From a virus, in IMG/VR virus record IMGVR_UViG_2531839741_000003, positions 3,238 to 67,237 of that record: DNA of 64,000 nt. One strand, given 5' to 3'. Made by a program: the position numbers and the translations under genes. The first letter of the stretch is position 1, and every line of letters begins with the position of its first letter. Under the pieces are notes generated by a model. The model searched no databases. It was given only the letters and a program-made list of their open reading frames with translations, and was not told the DNA's origin. Positions 18,960-30,395 of this stretch are shown one piece after another.

Positions 18960-19237
18960 ACATCCTCATTTTCATAATATTATCCTTTCTATAAGAGCGG
19001 CGGCAGTTGAGTCGCTGCTCTTTTTACGTATGGAGGTGAAATTTTAATCACAGCATGGAATTTTTAGTTAGAAATAAAAATGGACAATTCTATTCAAAAG
19101 AAGGATGGGTTGAGTATGATAAGGCAGACATATTAAATACTAAATCGCCGCAAGATCAAGAAGTATTGAGAAAATACCTCGGCGGCGAGTATCAGATTGT
19201 AGAGAATATTGAGTATTATAGTTAAGGAGGAATTTTA

Positions 19238-19648
19238 ATGTTACCTTTTGATAGAGCAACTTTTGGTAGGAAATGGGATTATGATGATAAGTGCTATGAG
19301 TGTTTTGCTCTTATTCCCAATCCAAAAGAAGAACGTTGTTGGATTATGATTTATAAAGAGGGCGGCTTTGACGAAATTGGAGTTGGAAAAGACTTTGATC
19401 TAAATGGCTGTGCGTTTTGGGGAGATGATTATAGAGATTTAATGGGAGAAATTACTGATCTCTATTATGCAGTAGGCTTTGAAAATATGGCACAAGGTGA
19501 ATTAATTTGGCATAGAGATAAATCAAAGGATGATACTAAATCTGTTGTTTCGCCGCCATCCCCAATAACCATTTCTGAGCAAAAGAAAAAAGTTAAAGTA
19601 AAAGTCCATAAGAAAACGGCGGCGGCGAAGCGAGGAGAAAAGAAATGA
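19238..19648 (+). CDS. hypothetical protein
   Basis: AAGGAGG RBS. Confidence 0.65.
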   Translation: MLPFDRATFGRKWDYDDKCYECFALIPNPKEERCWIMIYKEGGFDEIGVGKDFDLNGCAFWGDDYRDLMGEITDLYYAVGFENMAQGELIWHRDKSKDDTKSVVSPPSPITISEQKKKVKVKVHKKTAAAKRGEKK

Positions 19649-20574
19649 AAGTTTTAAGTTTATTTGATGGGATTGCTTGTGGAGCCGTTGCACTAAATAG
19701 AGTTGGAATTCCTATTGAAAAGTACGATGCTTTTGAAATTGATCAAAATGCAATTAAAGTTGCCACAAGCAACAATCCCTATATAGTAGAACACGGCGAT
19801 GTGTTCGATGCAGATTTTACTGAGTTCAGGGGGTATGATTTACTAATTGGCGGCTCACCTTGTACTTATTGGTCTTGTGTAAATCAGACTGGGAATAAAG
19901 AAATAACACCCGATAGGCAAGGCGGCAAGCTATTTATGGAATATGTTAGAGCATTGAAAGAATCTAGGTGTAAGTGGTTTCTCTATGAGAACAACTATTC
20001 AATTGCTAGTAATATTAAAGACTTTATTAGTGAACAGCTCAGTGTTAAACCTGTGACGATTGATTCTGCTGGATTTTCAGCACAGTCAAGAAAGAGATGC
20101 TATTGGACAAACATACCTGTAAAGGGATATTGGGTAGATAAGAAGACTGAACTAAGTAATGTAATAGGTAGAGAAGTTTTTGGGTGCGCCTTAAGAGGAC
20201 GAGATAATCCAGATGGAACAAGAACTCAGCATTTGGAAGTAAGAAGAGATAAGAAGTCCAATTGTATTACAACTGTTGGAAAAGATTGTATGTTTTGCCG
20301 CAAAGCAACAGAATTTGATAGAAGTAAAGAAAAAGAAATCTATGAAGTGTTTATGGGTAAAGTAGTTAATAAAGGATGCGAATATAAAGTTAGTTTACCC
20401 GATGGAGATTATATTGTTGAACGTCCTACACCAGAAGAAACAGAACTATTACAAACTTTACCAGAGGGGTATACAAAAGAAATTAGTAAAACACAAAGAT
20501 ACAAATGTATTGGTAATGGATGGATAGTAGATGTTATCGTTCATCTATTACAAAGGCTAAAAGAATTTTTATAA
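19645..20574 (+). CDS. C5-cytosine DNA methyltransferase
   Basis: LSLFDG, GGSPC, YENN, QSRKRCYW, IGNGW. Confidence 0.9.
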   Translation: MKVLSLFDGIACGAVALNRVGIPIEKYDAFEIDQNAIKVATSNNPYIVEHGDVFDADFTEFRGYDLLIGGSPCTYWSCVNQTGNKEITPDRQGGKLFMEYVRALKESRCKWFLYENNYSIASNIKDFISEQLSVKPVTIDSAGFSAQSRKRCYWTNIPVKGYWVDKKTELSNVIGREVFGCALRGRDNPDGTRTQHLEVRRDKKSNCITTVGKDCMFCRKATEFDRSKEKEIYEVFMGKVVNKGCEYKVSLPDGDYIVERPTPEETELLQTLPEGYTKEISKTQRYKCIGNGWIVDVIVHLLQRLKEFL

Positions 20575-20701
20575 ATAAAATACTTCGCCGCCAAAGTATA
20601 AAAGATTTTGGCGGCAATTTTTATAAAAGTATAGGCTTGCTTTTTCTAAAAAATTATGTTATAATATATATAGAAGGTAAGGAAAGAACCGAAAAGGAGT
20701 T

Positions 20702-20968
20702 TTGATTATGAGAGTTAGAGATGAGTTAATAGCTTTAATCAATTCAAAAGAATTTGAAGATGTTGTTCCTTATGGAAATAGTGTTTGTAGAATTAAAATT
20801 GAAAACATAATGGCGGCGAATCAAATTACTGAATGGTACATGGATATACGCTTAGTTGACTGGAACGAGCTTTGGGACGAATTTGTAGTTTCAATTGTCT
20901 GGGTTGAAGATAAAACACTAGAACACATATTGAAATATCCAATTGAAATAAAAAATAAAGAAGATTAA
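20702..20968 (+). CDS. hypothetical protein
   Basis: Promoter and RBS. Confidence 0.6.
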   Translation: MIMRVRDELIALINSKEFEDVVPYGNSVCRIKIENIMAANQITEWYMDIRLVDWNELWDEFVVSIVWVEDKTLEHILKYPIEIKNKED

Positions 20969-21031
20969 AAACTTTACTTTTATATAAAATTATGATATAA
21001 TATATATAGAAGGTAAGGAAAGAACCCATTA

Positions 21032-22462
21032 GTGAAAGGAATTAAAATGACTGTAAGAGAAGCTTTTCCGAATGAAACAATTTTCAAGTCAGCAAGCACA
21101 AACAATCTAATGAATTTTTTGGATTTGCCGAACGATGTTAAAGTACATCTTGCACAGAAGTTTACAGATAGAAATGGTAAGTTAAACGCCTATGAATTAA
21201 GTCAATATGTTAAGCAAATGAGATTAAAGCCTGATGAGTGGAATATTAAATTATTGGAAGCCCGCCATACTAAGAAAGGTGTTATTAAGCTTCTGACAAA
21301 AGTAAAGATTCAGTTTGATTACGTAGATGATTTGATTTGTTTTCAATTGCCTGAGTATGGTTTTCCTACTAAGAAAGCACAAGAAGCTCAAGTTGATTGG
21401 AGCTTAATTTCTGATAATAAAGAGCATTTGTTAAATCCTGATGGTGCTTGGGGCGAAGTAACTCTTTGCTATGATTGCGGCATGATTCAGATGACAAACT
21501 TTGAACCACTTTGTCCTTATACGTATAATGTTGATAAGTATAGAGAGGGAAGAAAGAAGTTTACAACTGAGGAATGGATTGACGTTCTGATTGATGGATT
21601 GAATTTTAACTCGGCGGCCATGACAGAAGAACAGAAGCTTACTACACTACAGAGATTCTTGGGATTGGTTGAGAAAAGATTTAATACAGTTGAAATTAGT
21701 ATTAAGGGCAGCGGCAAGTCTTATTGCTATTCTCAAATTTCTCCTTATAGTTGGTTGACATCTGGTACAGTATCTCGTGCAACTGCATTCTATAATAATA
21801 CAACTAAAAAGGTTGGTTACTTTGGTTCTGCTGATAATGTTGTTTGGGATGAGGTTCAGACATTAAAATTCCAGAATAGTGATGAGATGAATGGTGTACT
21901 GAAGCCTTATCTTGAAAGTGGCGAGATTAGAATTGGTTCTTATTGCGGTGTTGCAGATGCTGGTTTGACATTGGTTGGTAATGCACCGAACTCGATACTT
22001 GATCCAACAAAGTACAATATGTTTAAGACACTTAACAAGACCTTCCAAGAGTCAGCGATGCTGGACAGATTCCATCTATTAATTGATGGTGTCAAGATAG
22101 GGCGTTTTACAGAAGATCGTAAGATGGAAGGCTGGGCATTGAGTTCAGAGTACTTGGCAGAAATCTTCCATTGTCTGAGATCAGAGTTTTACTACCAGCA
22201 GATTGTTGAGGACCTAATCGATGTTGAAGCTGGCGGCGACACAAGAAACCTGAATGCAATTAAAAAGACTGCAACAGCTCTGTTAAAACTTTTATTCCCT
22301 CATGCTACTTGCGCCGCCGACATTGATAAAGAGGAATTTGAATACTATTGTTTAAAGCCTGCAATCCATGGTAGACAGTTGGTATTGAATCAGTTGAGAT
22401 TCTTGGACAAGGAATATGATAATGTTAAAATGCCTGTTGTTAAAGTTAAGGAGGAAGCTTAA
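21032..22462 (+). CDS. BrxL-like AAA+ ATPase lacking the C-terminal Lon protease domain
   Basis: EEWIDVLI, LVEKRFNTVE..KGSGKSY (Walker A), VWDEV (Walker B), SAMLDRFH. Confidence 0.75.
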   Translation: MKGIKMTVREAFPNETIFKSASTNNLMNFLDLPNDVKVHLAQKFTDRNGKLNAYELSQYVKQMRLKPDEWNIKLLEARHTKKGVIKLLTKVKIQFDYVDDLICFQLPEYGFPTKKAQEAQVDWSLISDNKEHLLNPDGAWGEVTLCYDCGMIQMTNFEPLCPYTYNVDKYREGRKKFTTEEWIDVLIDGLNFNSAAMTEEQKLTTLQRFLGLVEKRFNTVEISIKGSGKSYCYSQISPYSWLTSGTVSRATAFYNNTTKKVGYFGSADNVVWDEVQTLKFQNSDEMNGVLKPYLESGEIRIGSYCGVADAGLTLVGNAPNSILDPTKYNMFKTLNKTFQESAMLDRFHLLIDGVKIGRFTEDRKMEGWALSSEYLAEIFHCLRSEFYYQQIVEDLIDVEAGGDTRNLNAIKKTATALLKLLFPHATCAADIDKEEFEYYCLKPAIHGRQLVLNQLRFLDKEYDNVKMPVVKVKEEA

Positions 22463-22884
22463 TGAAAGATATTAAATTCCAAAGAGATTTAATTACTTAC
22501 TTGTCAAAAGGCGAACACTTAATTCAATCTGAAACTAAGGGGGCTATCTTTAGAGGAACAGACCAAATCTTAATGCGACTTGACAATTGCTATATCGACT
22601 TAAGATATTTTGATGAGATTTATAGCTTCGCCGCAAAAAAGTATAATGAAGTAGTTAGTACCTATGAGAATGAACCTGTTAAAATTGGGCGGCGCAAGGT
22701 TACTATTGTTACTTTGAGAACAAGAGATAAAGAAGTTGGTGTTGATAAAAAGTTATTAGATTATTTTGAAGAACCTACTATGTTAGTTAAGAATGATAGT
22801 GAACCTGTGTTTGTTTTTGAGAATGGGGAACTGTGTGGTTTAATAATGCCGATTAAGCTTAAGAGCGCGTGGAGAGAAAAGTAA
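22462..22884 (+). CDS. hypothetical protein
   Basis: Coupled TAATG junction. Confidence 0.65.
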   Translation: MKDIKFQRDLITYLSKGEHLIQSETKGAIFRGTDQILMRLDNCYIDLRYFDEIYSFAAKKYNEVVSTYENEPVKIGRRKVTIVTLRTRDKEVGVDKKLLDYFEEPTMLVKNDSEPVFVFENGELCGLIMPIKLKSAWREK

Positions 22885-22926
22885 ACATATATAAAATTTG
22901 GCGGCGAAGCAACGGAGGTAAGCAAT

Positions 22927-23151
22927 ATGAGAGAAATGTTGATTGGGGCAATTATTGAAGAAGCAATTAGAATTAACTGTATCTATGAGAACGTAAGTGT
23001 TGTATTAACTCTTACAAGAGAGAAAGAACTAATAATTGAACATCAAGTAGATGGAGAAAATGAGGAGTATTGGAAACAGTGGGTTATTAGTAGTAAGAAT
23101 AATGAGAAGTATTTGAATAGTGTTTTGGAAGAGCTAAAGGCGATTAGATAA
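22927..23151 (+). CDS. hypothetical protein
   Basis: GGAGG RBS. Confidence 0.6.
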   Translation: MREMLIGAIIEEAIRINCIYENVSVVLTLTREKELIIEHQVDGENEEYWKQWVISSKNNEKYLNSVLEELKAIR

Positions 23152-23173
23152 GAAAAAAAAGAGATTAGGCATT

Positions 23174-23593
23174 GTGTCTAATCTCTTTTCTAAAGGAGGT
23201 ATCCAAATGGAATTCCAAGTAAATAATTTCAAAACCCTAAACGAGCAAAAGCAAGACCTAACCAAAAAGCTCTCTTCAATTCCTACAACCAGCGGCATCT
23301 ATCGTCTATACTTCCCCTGCGGCAAATCCTATATAGGTTCTGCGGCAAACCTACGTCAGAGAATTAGAACTCACCTAAACACAATCTATTTAGTACTACG
23401 CTATGAACCAGACCTAGACTTTTATATTGCCAGTCATAAAGTTCCTAATTGGTGTGGTGAAGCCTTTAGAGATTTAACTAATTATGAACTGGGGGAGGTA
23501 GTAATTAGGTATAGGGAGATAGAGGATAAAGTAGAGAGAGATTTGGCGGCAAAAGATTTAATTAGGGAAGGGAAAAATTTATATAATAGGTGA
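23174..23593 (+). CDS. free-standing GIY-YIG endonuclease
   Basis: SGIYRLYF...SYIGSA.NLRQRI..H, C-terminal LYN; likely ATG at about 23208. Confidence 0.8.
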   Translation: MSNLFSKGGIQMEFQVNNFKTLNEQKQDLTKKLSSIPTTSGIYRLYFPCGKSYIGSAANLRQRIRTHLNTIYLVLRYEPDLDFYIASHKVPNWCGEAFRDLTNYELGEVVIRYREIEDKVERDLAAKDLIREGKNLYNR

Positions 23594-24754
23594 GGAGATT
23601 TTTTTGTTAGAAAAAATTTTTGAGTTTAACACGTTCTAAATGAATATGGGGAGTTATCTTTAATAAGTATAGAGAGGAACCCTAAGAAAGTGGTAAAAAG
23701 GGAGATGAGATAAGAGAATTGCGGTAAAGGAAGTAGAAAGAGGGAGTAGGAAATAGAATAGGGAAGTAATACTGCTGGGCTTGACGTTTGGCAGTATTAT
23801 TTTATTATATAGTAGAGAATTGATAGAGAGGATGGCGGCGAAAGAAGTAGGAGAGAAAAAGTAGAGAGAGAGGAGTAGGGAGAGAATTGACAAAAGGAAG
23901 AAAAATTTATTAATATATAAGAGGAGAATTTTGAGTAAATGTAAAGTAGAGTAGAAAATAGTTGAGTAGGGAGAGAAGAAAGAAGAGTAGAAACTTGACT
24001 TTTAGAAGAAATTATAGTATAATATAAATAAAGAAGAGAGGAAGTAGGAGAGAGAGGAGGTAGGGAGAGGAGAGGAAGAAGAACAGAAGAATGAGGTAGA
24101 GAATAGAGAGAGGAGGACTTTGAGTAGAGAAGTGCTGAGAGGAGGAATAAGTACTGGATAAGAAGTAGGAAGAAGGAAGTAGAGGAATGAGAAAGGCAGA
24201 AGTAGTAGGAGAACTAGCCCTTGACAATAGTTGGATTTATAGTATAATATATATAAAGGGGAGTGGAACCTAATGTAAAAATTTTTCGCCGTAATAGTTT
24301 TGCTACAGCTCGTTATTGTAGTAGCTGTAGCCTAGTTTTGTAATTGCTGAGTAACGCACTGTAGCGCTGTCAAGGAGTTGGCAGTGGAAACTTGACTTTA
24401 GTAAAAATTATATTATAATATATAAAGGGGAAAATAAAGCCTAATGTAAAAATTTTCGCCGCAATACTTCTACCACAGCTCCTTGCCGCAATAGCATAGC
24501 CTAATGTTATAACTTTTTAATGAGCTGAGCTGAGTAACGATCTGCAAAACCTGTCAAAAATTTGACAAAACGAAATAATTTTAGTACAAATTAAGAATTT
24601 TTCGCCGCAATTTAATTCCAAAACGAATATAAAACGAGTAGAAACGATAAGAAAGTTGGAATTTTTTTGAATCCTAATAAAGAATCTGGAAAAATTTTGC
24701 CGTGAGATGTTCAATTTTTTAACTTTTCTTGTCAAATTTTTTCATTTCCTATAA

Positions 24755-26396
24755 TTTCCAGCTCCTTTTGTTAAAATTTTCCAGCTCCTATTACCAGCTC
24801 CAGCTCCAATAGGGCGTACTCTATTTCCAGCTCCTCTTTTTCCTACACTGCACCGCCGCAAAAATTTGACAGATACTTTTCTTGACAACGGGGTATACAC
24901 TTCCAGCTCTAATAGGGGGTAAGCTCCAGCTCCTGTCAAATTTTTAACCAAACTTTTCCAGCTCCAATAGGGGTCAAACTTTTCCAGCTCCTTCCAATTG
25001 TAAGAGGGGTAGATCAAAAATTTCCCAGTCAAACTTTTACCACACTATCCCACATACTCTATCAAAACTTTCCTGTTCCTTTGCCAATATTTGCTTCGTC
25101 AATCTGTACAAAAACTCAGTTAAATTGTTGACACTATTCTACTTGACAATTCTAAAAATTTATGTTATAATATATATAGAGAGGAGGAGATAGAAAGGAA
25201 TTCCTAATGACTATGGCGGCGAAGCAATCAAACAATGGAAAGGAGTACTATGTCAAATGTTTGTTCTCTTGCCAGACATTGTAAACTGTTCATAAAAAGT
25301 TTACAATTTCGAAAAAGAAAAACGCTTGACAAAAATAAAAAATTATGTTATAATATATATAGAAGATGAGGGGAAGAGCAGTAGCGGATGCCCCAGTAAA
25401 GAACGCTACAGAATGGAGTATATTATGAAAAACTATGATGCATCTGCTACAATGTCCGCAACCAAGAACGCAGTACGTGCAGATATTACCACTGCAATGT
25501 TAGAATTCTTCCGCTCCTACTATGGTGAGGAGAACGTGTCAATTGTTGGTAATAATGAAATTGCTGTTGCCGCTGGTGAGAAAACTCTCTCAGATGGTAC
25601 TATTGGTGAAATCTGTGCAGTGGTAAAACCTGTAATTAAGGAATACGAATCTCGTACAACTGTAAAGGGTGAAGCTGTAGAACCTTACGAGCGCCTTATT
25701 GAAGCAGATTCCTACCAAGAAGAGGTAGAGCAAAAGGCGGCAGAAAAGGCAGAAAAAGCTGCCGCAAAAGCAGCAAAGATTGCTAAGGCAAAAGCAGACA
25801 AAACCAAAGAATAGAATTGGCAAGAGAGTAATAAATAGGAATAATGTGGCAGGGATATTTTCCCTGCTATTTTTTCAATTGCAGCTCCAAAAATTAACTT
25901 TTTCCTTTGTTATTTCCTTGTAAATTCCCTATTGATTTCATTGAAATCACCTATCGCTAAAATTTTCTACGAATAAACATAAATGTGTCAAATTTTAGAA
26001 CGCTCAGAATGCGTTTTTTCTCAGTGATTCGTGCCGGACAATGGCAAAGAAAAATTAGGTTTTTTTCTAAGGTAGGATTTGATAGGTGTGTCCTCTAAAA
26101 AATTCCTCCTCCTAAAGGAGATTCGTACCAGCCAGAACCAAGGAAAAATTAGGTTTTTTTACTAAGGTAGAATTTGGAACCAGCTCCCTCTAAAAAATTC
26201 CACTCCTTTGAAAATTTGACAGATAATGGCGCGGCCGCAATTTAGCAGAGATAATGGGAGGAATTTACAGCTCCTAAATGTGGGAGAGACAATAGGAAGA
26301 AAATGGTTTGGTAAAATTTACAGCTCCTAAATGGATGGGATTTCCAGCTCCTATTAATTGGTAAAATTTTCCAGCTCCAGCTCCTTCCAGCTCCTG
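24755..26396. repeat. two clusters of (TT)CCAGCTCC repeats, about 24755-24992 and 26178-26396
   Basis: Repeated CCAGCTCC/ACAGCTCC units, all on the + strand. Confidence 0.8.
25326..25814 (+). CDS. hypothetical protein, 4-copy family; true start probably near 25410-25425
   Basis: YGEENVSIVGNNEIAV...TLSDGT; ends in TAG. Confidence 0.7.
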   Translation: MTKIKNYVIIYIEDEGKSSSGCPSKERYRMEYIMKNYDASATMSATKNAVRADITTAMLEFFRSYYGEENVSIVGNNEIAVAAGEKTLSDGTIGEICAVVKPVIKEYESRTTVKGEAVEPYERLIEADSYQEEVEQKAAEKAEKAAAKAAKIAKAKADKTKE

Positions 26397-26640
26397 TACA
26401 ACTGGTAAATTTTACCAGTAGTTGGGAGTTAGTTAAGACTAACTAGAGGGAGTTAGTTAAGACTAACTAGTGCCTAGACTCCGCCGCCCACCCCTCCCCT
26501 GCTGTCTTCGAGATTAATTATATTATACCATAGAGTCAAGCATTTGTCAATAGGCAGATTGCACAAAGATCGCGGCGTGTATTTGTATAGTTTGCACAAA
26601 ACCTAGTAAACCTATAGGAATAGTAGGAATTTGGTCCGCG

Positions 26641-26764
26641 AGTTAGTCACCCCTAACTGTACGCCACAGAAGGACAGTTAGTCAATCCTAACTGTACGTC
26701 ATTCGTGGACAGTTAGTCTCGTTTAACTGTACGCCGCAGAAGGACAGTTAGTCACCACTAACAC
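26641..26764. repeat. 35-bp tandem repeat (3.5 units), each with an AGTTAG-N6-CTAACT palindrome
   Basis: Units start at 26641, 26676, 26711, 26746. Confidence 0.85.
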
Positions 26765-27094
26765 ATGAACACTTGAACATATATTCATATGAACAATTGA
26801 ACATATGAACAACCATTCAAATGTTAGTTAGTCAATCCTAACTGAAATCCAAAAAATGGGTGACATTTCTGTCACCCGAATTGTTACGATTTTATGAATA
26901 TTTTTTAATCTTTAATCTGATAACCCTTTACAAGTCGATTGCCATTTTTTACTTCTGTTTCCGTCAAATTGCCATCTTTTACCATTGTTTTCAAAATTGC
27001 CGTTTCCCTTTACCTTACATATATTATTATATCAAATTTTTTGGGATTTGTCAAGTAAACTTTTTATTAACCACCCACCCGCCCTATTCATATT

Positions 27095-27478
27095 TTATTC
27101 ACTTTTTGCTTTGGTAATTTTTGCCGCCTTTGCTCTTGCCTTTGCTTCTTTTTCCGCTTGCTTGCTTGCTTGCTCTTCTGCATAGATATCCGCTTCTGTC
27201 AGTCGTTCAAATGGTTCGTAGATTTTTCCCTTTGGTGTTACTCGTGTATCAAAGTCCTTTGCTACTGGTGCAGATGTAAAGCATACTTCTCCGCTTGTAC
27301 CGTCTGCAAGAGTTCTAAACCCTACACATACCGCAATTTCATTTGATCCCGTGATGCTTACATTTTCCTCCCCGTATTCCATGCAAGCGGCTTTGTAAAG
27401 CAATTCAAAGCCTATTTTTCTAACTTCGTTCTTTACTGCTGTAGCGGTCTTGAGTTCATCAAAATTTCTTGTATTCAT
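27095..27478 (-). CDS. hypothetical protein, 4-copy family
   Basis: Near-identical to 29581-29964. Confidence 0.8.
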   Translation of the reverse strand: MNTRNFDELKTATAVKNEVRKIGFELLYKAACMEYGEENVSITGSNEIAVCVGFRTLADGTSGEVCFTSAPVAKDFDTRVTPKGKIYEPFERLTEADIYAEEQASKQAEKEAKARAKAAKITKAKSE

Positions 27479-27619
27479 AAATATCTACTTTCTAGGAAAC
27501 TTTTTTAGGGTGTTTCCTGTTTCCCTTTACCTTACTCTATTATTATATCAAATTTTTTGGAGTTTGTCAAGCTTTCAATTGTAAACTTTTTATTAACCAC
27601 CCGCCCGCCCCGTTTACAA

Positions 27620-28339
27620 TTATTCTAAACTTTCTTCATACTTTTTTAACATTCTCCATGGTTGTTTTTGGTCAAATCGTGTTTCATTTTTTTTTAATGC
27701 TTTTAGCAAAATCTGGTATTCTATCATAACATCTGCTAAGCCTGTATGTTCTTCTGTAAAGTCCATGTCACCAAATAGATATTTATATACCGTTTCGGCG
27801 TTTGTCTTGTAGTTTCCTTTTTCTGTAATAAACCCGTTAATTTTACACCATTCTAAATAATTTGGCGTGAGAAGTCTTGCGTATGTGATACCCGTCCAAA
27901 TGTCACATATTTGAATTTCTAATTCATCATATAAACCACCTAAAAGCCGTTTCAATGCACTATTATCAAAAACTGCATTGTATGCAAACATTTTTTTGAC
28001 ATTGTACCGCTGTAAAGACTTCTTAAAAACACGATAGAAACCATTGATAGTTATTTTCTGGTATTTTTTGCCGTTGTCCATCAAAATTTCTTGTATGTTC
28101 TTTTTTGTCATCATGCAAGCGACTTTCATTTCTGGAATTGCATTTTTTTCTAACACGTCAATCAAGTTTTCAAAAATGCACTCACAAAATGCAATCGAAC
28201 GCTTCTCGTAAATTCTATCGTTTCGATCTGCTACAATATAACCAATGTTATAAGGTCGCTTGTTACTCATTCCCTCAACGTCAAGAATAATAAATTTTTC
28301 TGTAAACATATTTTTTCCTTTCTTACAAGCCCGTTTCAA
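27620..28339 (-). CDS. DEDD-family 3'-5' exonuclease
   Basis: ILDVEG, AYNAVFD, EEHTGLADV. Confidence 0.8.
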   Translation of the reverse strand: MKRACKKGKNMFTEKFIILDVEGMSNKRPYNIGYIVADRNDRIYEKRSIAFCECIFENLIDVLEKNAIPEMKVACMMTKKNIQEILMDNGKKYQKITINGFYRVFKKSLQRYNVKKMFAYNAVFDNSALKRLLGGLYDELEIQICDIWTGITYARLLTPNYLEWCKINGFITEKGNYKTNAETVYKYLFGDMDFTEEHTGLADVMIEYQILLKALKKNETRFDQKQPWRMLKKYEESLE

Positions 28340-28511
28340 TTTCCTATTGTTTCCGCTTGTTTGAACACTCTTTTTTTCGGCGGTGTCTTTGCCCTTAGTA
28401 CTCTTTAATTATATCACATTTGATCGCCGTTGTCAATACCCTTGAGTATAAAAAGTTTTCAACAATTTAGATTGTTTTTTGTGCAATATGCACAAGTGGA
28501 AATTTTAAGAA

Positions 28512-28581
28512 TGTTTCACGTGAAACACTCATTTCTTGAGTAAATAGCGAGAATTTTTTAAGAAATGTTTCACGTGAAACA
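28512..28581. promoter_or_regulatory. two perfect parS sites (28512-28527, 28566-28581)
   Basis: TGTTTCACGTGAAACA, the canonical ParB/Spo0J palindrome. Confidence 0.85.
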
Positions 28582-29083
28582 CTATTGAACAATTGAACAT
28601 ATATTCATATGAACAATTGAACATATGAACAATTGTTCAAGTGTTAGTTTATCCTAACTCCTACTAAACTAGTAGGAATTATAGGAGTTATTCAAGAATA
28701 ACTCCATTTACAATTTATTCACATTTATTCATATTCTATCCATATTTTTATTTTTACAATTTATTCATATTTGTTCATAGTTTATCCATATTTTTGTGTT
28801 CACAATTTATCTACAATTGTTAATACTTTATTCATATTTTTCTATTAACAATTTATTCATAGTTAGTCTAGACTAACTCAACCTTTCACCCCCCCATTAT
28901 ATTATACACCATTTAACTGAATTTGTCAATGGTCAAACTATACAAAAATTGGCGGCGAAAGAATAAAATTTTTGTGCAACTTGACGATGTCCGGTCAGAA
29001 GTTAGTCTAGACTAACTCCAAATCAAAAAAGAGTGGTAAAATTTACCACCCTCTTTGTTCATATTTGATTCACATTCAATTCA

Positions 29084-29425
29084 TTATTCTTTAATCTTGT
29101 ATCCATTGATCAAACGATTTCCATTCTTTACCTCGACAATTTCAACCCGTCCATTTTTTGCCAACTGTTTCATAATTGCAGTAGTTTTTTGCGGTGTGAT
29201 GTTCTGAGTTTGTCCAATTTGTGAAGCCGTGTAAATGGTGTCTGTTTCCATTTGTTCAATAATTTGTTCACCGATTTTCAAATTTTCCTGTTGTGTCTTG
29301 CTTAACGTTGTACGCCGTTTTTCGTTGCGTTCGTCCAGTTTTTGGATCTGTTGCGATGCATACGCCGTGATTTCCTCGTTGATGTTTGTGTTCACAATTA
29401 CTTCAAAAAATTCACGATTTGTCAT
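29084..29425 (-). CDS. small HTH-like protein, paralog of 17865
   Basis: MTNREFF...TASQIGQTQNITPQKTTAIMK. Confidence 0.7.
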   Translation of the reverse strand: MTNREFFEVIVNTNINEEITAYASQQIQKLDERNEKRRTTLSKTQQENLKIGEQIIEQMETDTIYTASQIGQTQNITPQKTTAIMKQLAKNGRVEIVEVKNGNRLINGYKIKE

Positions 29426-29580
29426 ATTATACCTACTTTCTAGAAATCGTTTTTAGGGTGATTTCTTATTCCCTTTACCTTACATATTTATTATATCATA
29501 TTCTTTTCTATTTGTCAAGCCTTTTATCTGATTTTTATTTGTAAACTTTTTATTAACCACCCGCCCGCCCTGTTTACAAA

Positions 29581-29964
29581 TTATTCACTTTTTGCCTTGG
29601 CAATTTTTGCTTCTTTTGCTTTTGCTTTTGACTCCTTTTCTGCTTGTTTTGTCGCTTGATCTTCGGCGAAAATGTCTGCTTCGGTCAGTCGTTCAAATGG
29701 TTCAAAAATTTTGCCTTTTGGTGTTACACGTCTATCAAAATTTTTTGCAACTGGTGCAGATGTAAAGCAAACTTCACCTTCTGTACCGTCTGAAAGTGTA
29801 CGATAACCAATGCAAACAGCGACTTCATTAGAACCCGTGATTGAAACGTTTTCTTCGCCGTATTCCATGCAAGCGGCTTTATACAAGAGATTGAAGCCGA
29901 TTTTTCTGACTTCGTTTTTTACTGCTGTAGCGGTCTTGAACTCGTCAAAATTTTTCATAGTCAT
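29581..29964 (-). CDS. hypothetical protein, 4-copy family
   Basis: Near-identical to 27095-27478. Confidence 0.8.
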   Translation of the reverse strand: MTMKNFDEFKTATAVKNEVRKIGFNLLYKAACMEYGEENVSITGSNEVAVCIGYRTLSDGTEGEVCFTSAPVAKNFDRRVTPKGKIFEPFERLTEADIFAEDQATKQAEKESKAKAKEAKIAKAKSE

Positions 29965-30395
29965 AAATACTCACTTTCTGAAAATCGTTTTTAGGGTGAT
30001 TTTCTTGTTCCTTTTACCTTACAATATTATTATATCACATTTCGCCGCCGTTGTCAAGCGATTTTTTGAAATTCGGCATATTGCACAAAATGTTTGAGTA
30101 TGTTGAAAACTTTTGTGCAAGTTGCGCAAGGCGGCCGGACTTATGCAATTTATACAAAAATGAACGCTTAAATTTGAAAATATTTGTATAATTTGACGAT
30201 TGACATTCTTCTTCTTTTGTAGTATAATATATATAGAACGAAACGCAAGAGGAAAGCCAAGAGAACGGCATAAAACAAATTGGAAAGTAGTTCAAAAAAT
30301 GTTTACAAATAAATACTTGACAAATGCTCTTGAATGTGATATAATAAGAGTATAGAAAAGAGAAAGAAACTCTTAAAAACTAGAAAGGCAAAATT

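Noticed and set aside
21032-22462. Complete Lon protease or complete BREX system
   Set aside because: No Lon catalytic domain follows the ATPase, and no brxA/B/C or pglZ is recognisable in the window.
23660-25032. ORFs 23660-23893, 24012-24227, 24517-24735 and 24742-25032
   Set aside because: Products mirror low-complexity purine tracts or CCAGCTCC repeats; no RBS.
26641-26764. CRISPR array
   Set aside because: The 35-bp period leaves only 4-8 variable bases, units 1 and 3 nearly repeat, and no cas genes are visible; it fits a palindromic operator array better.
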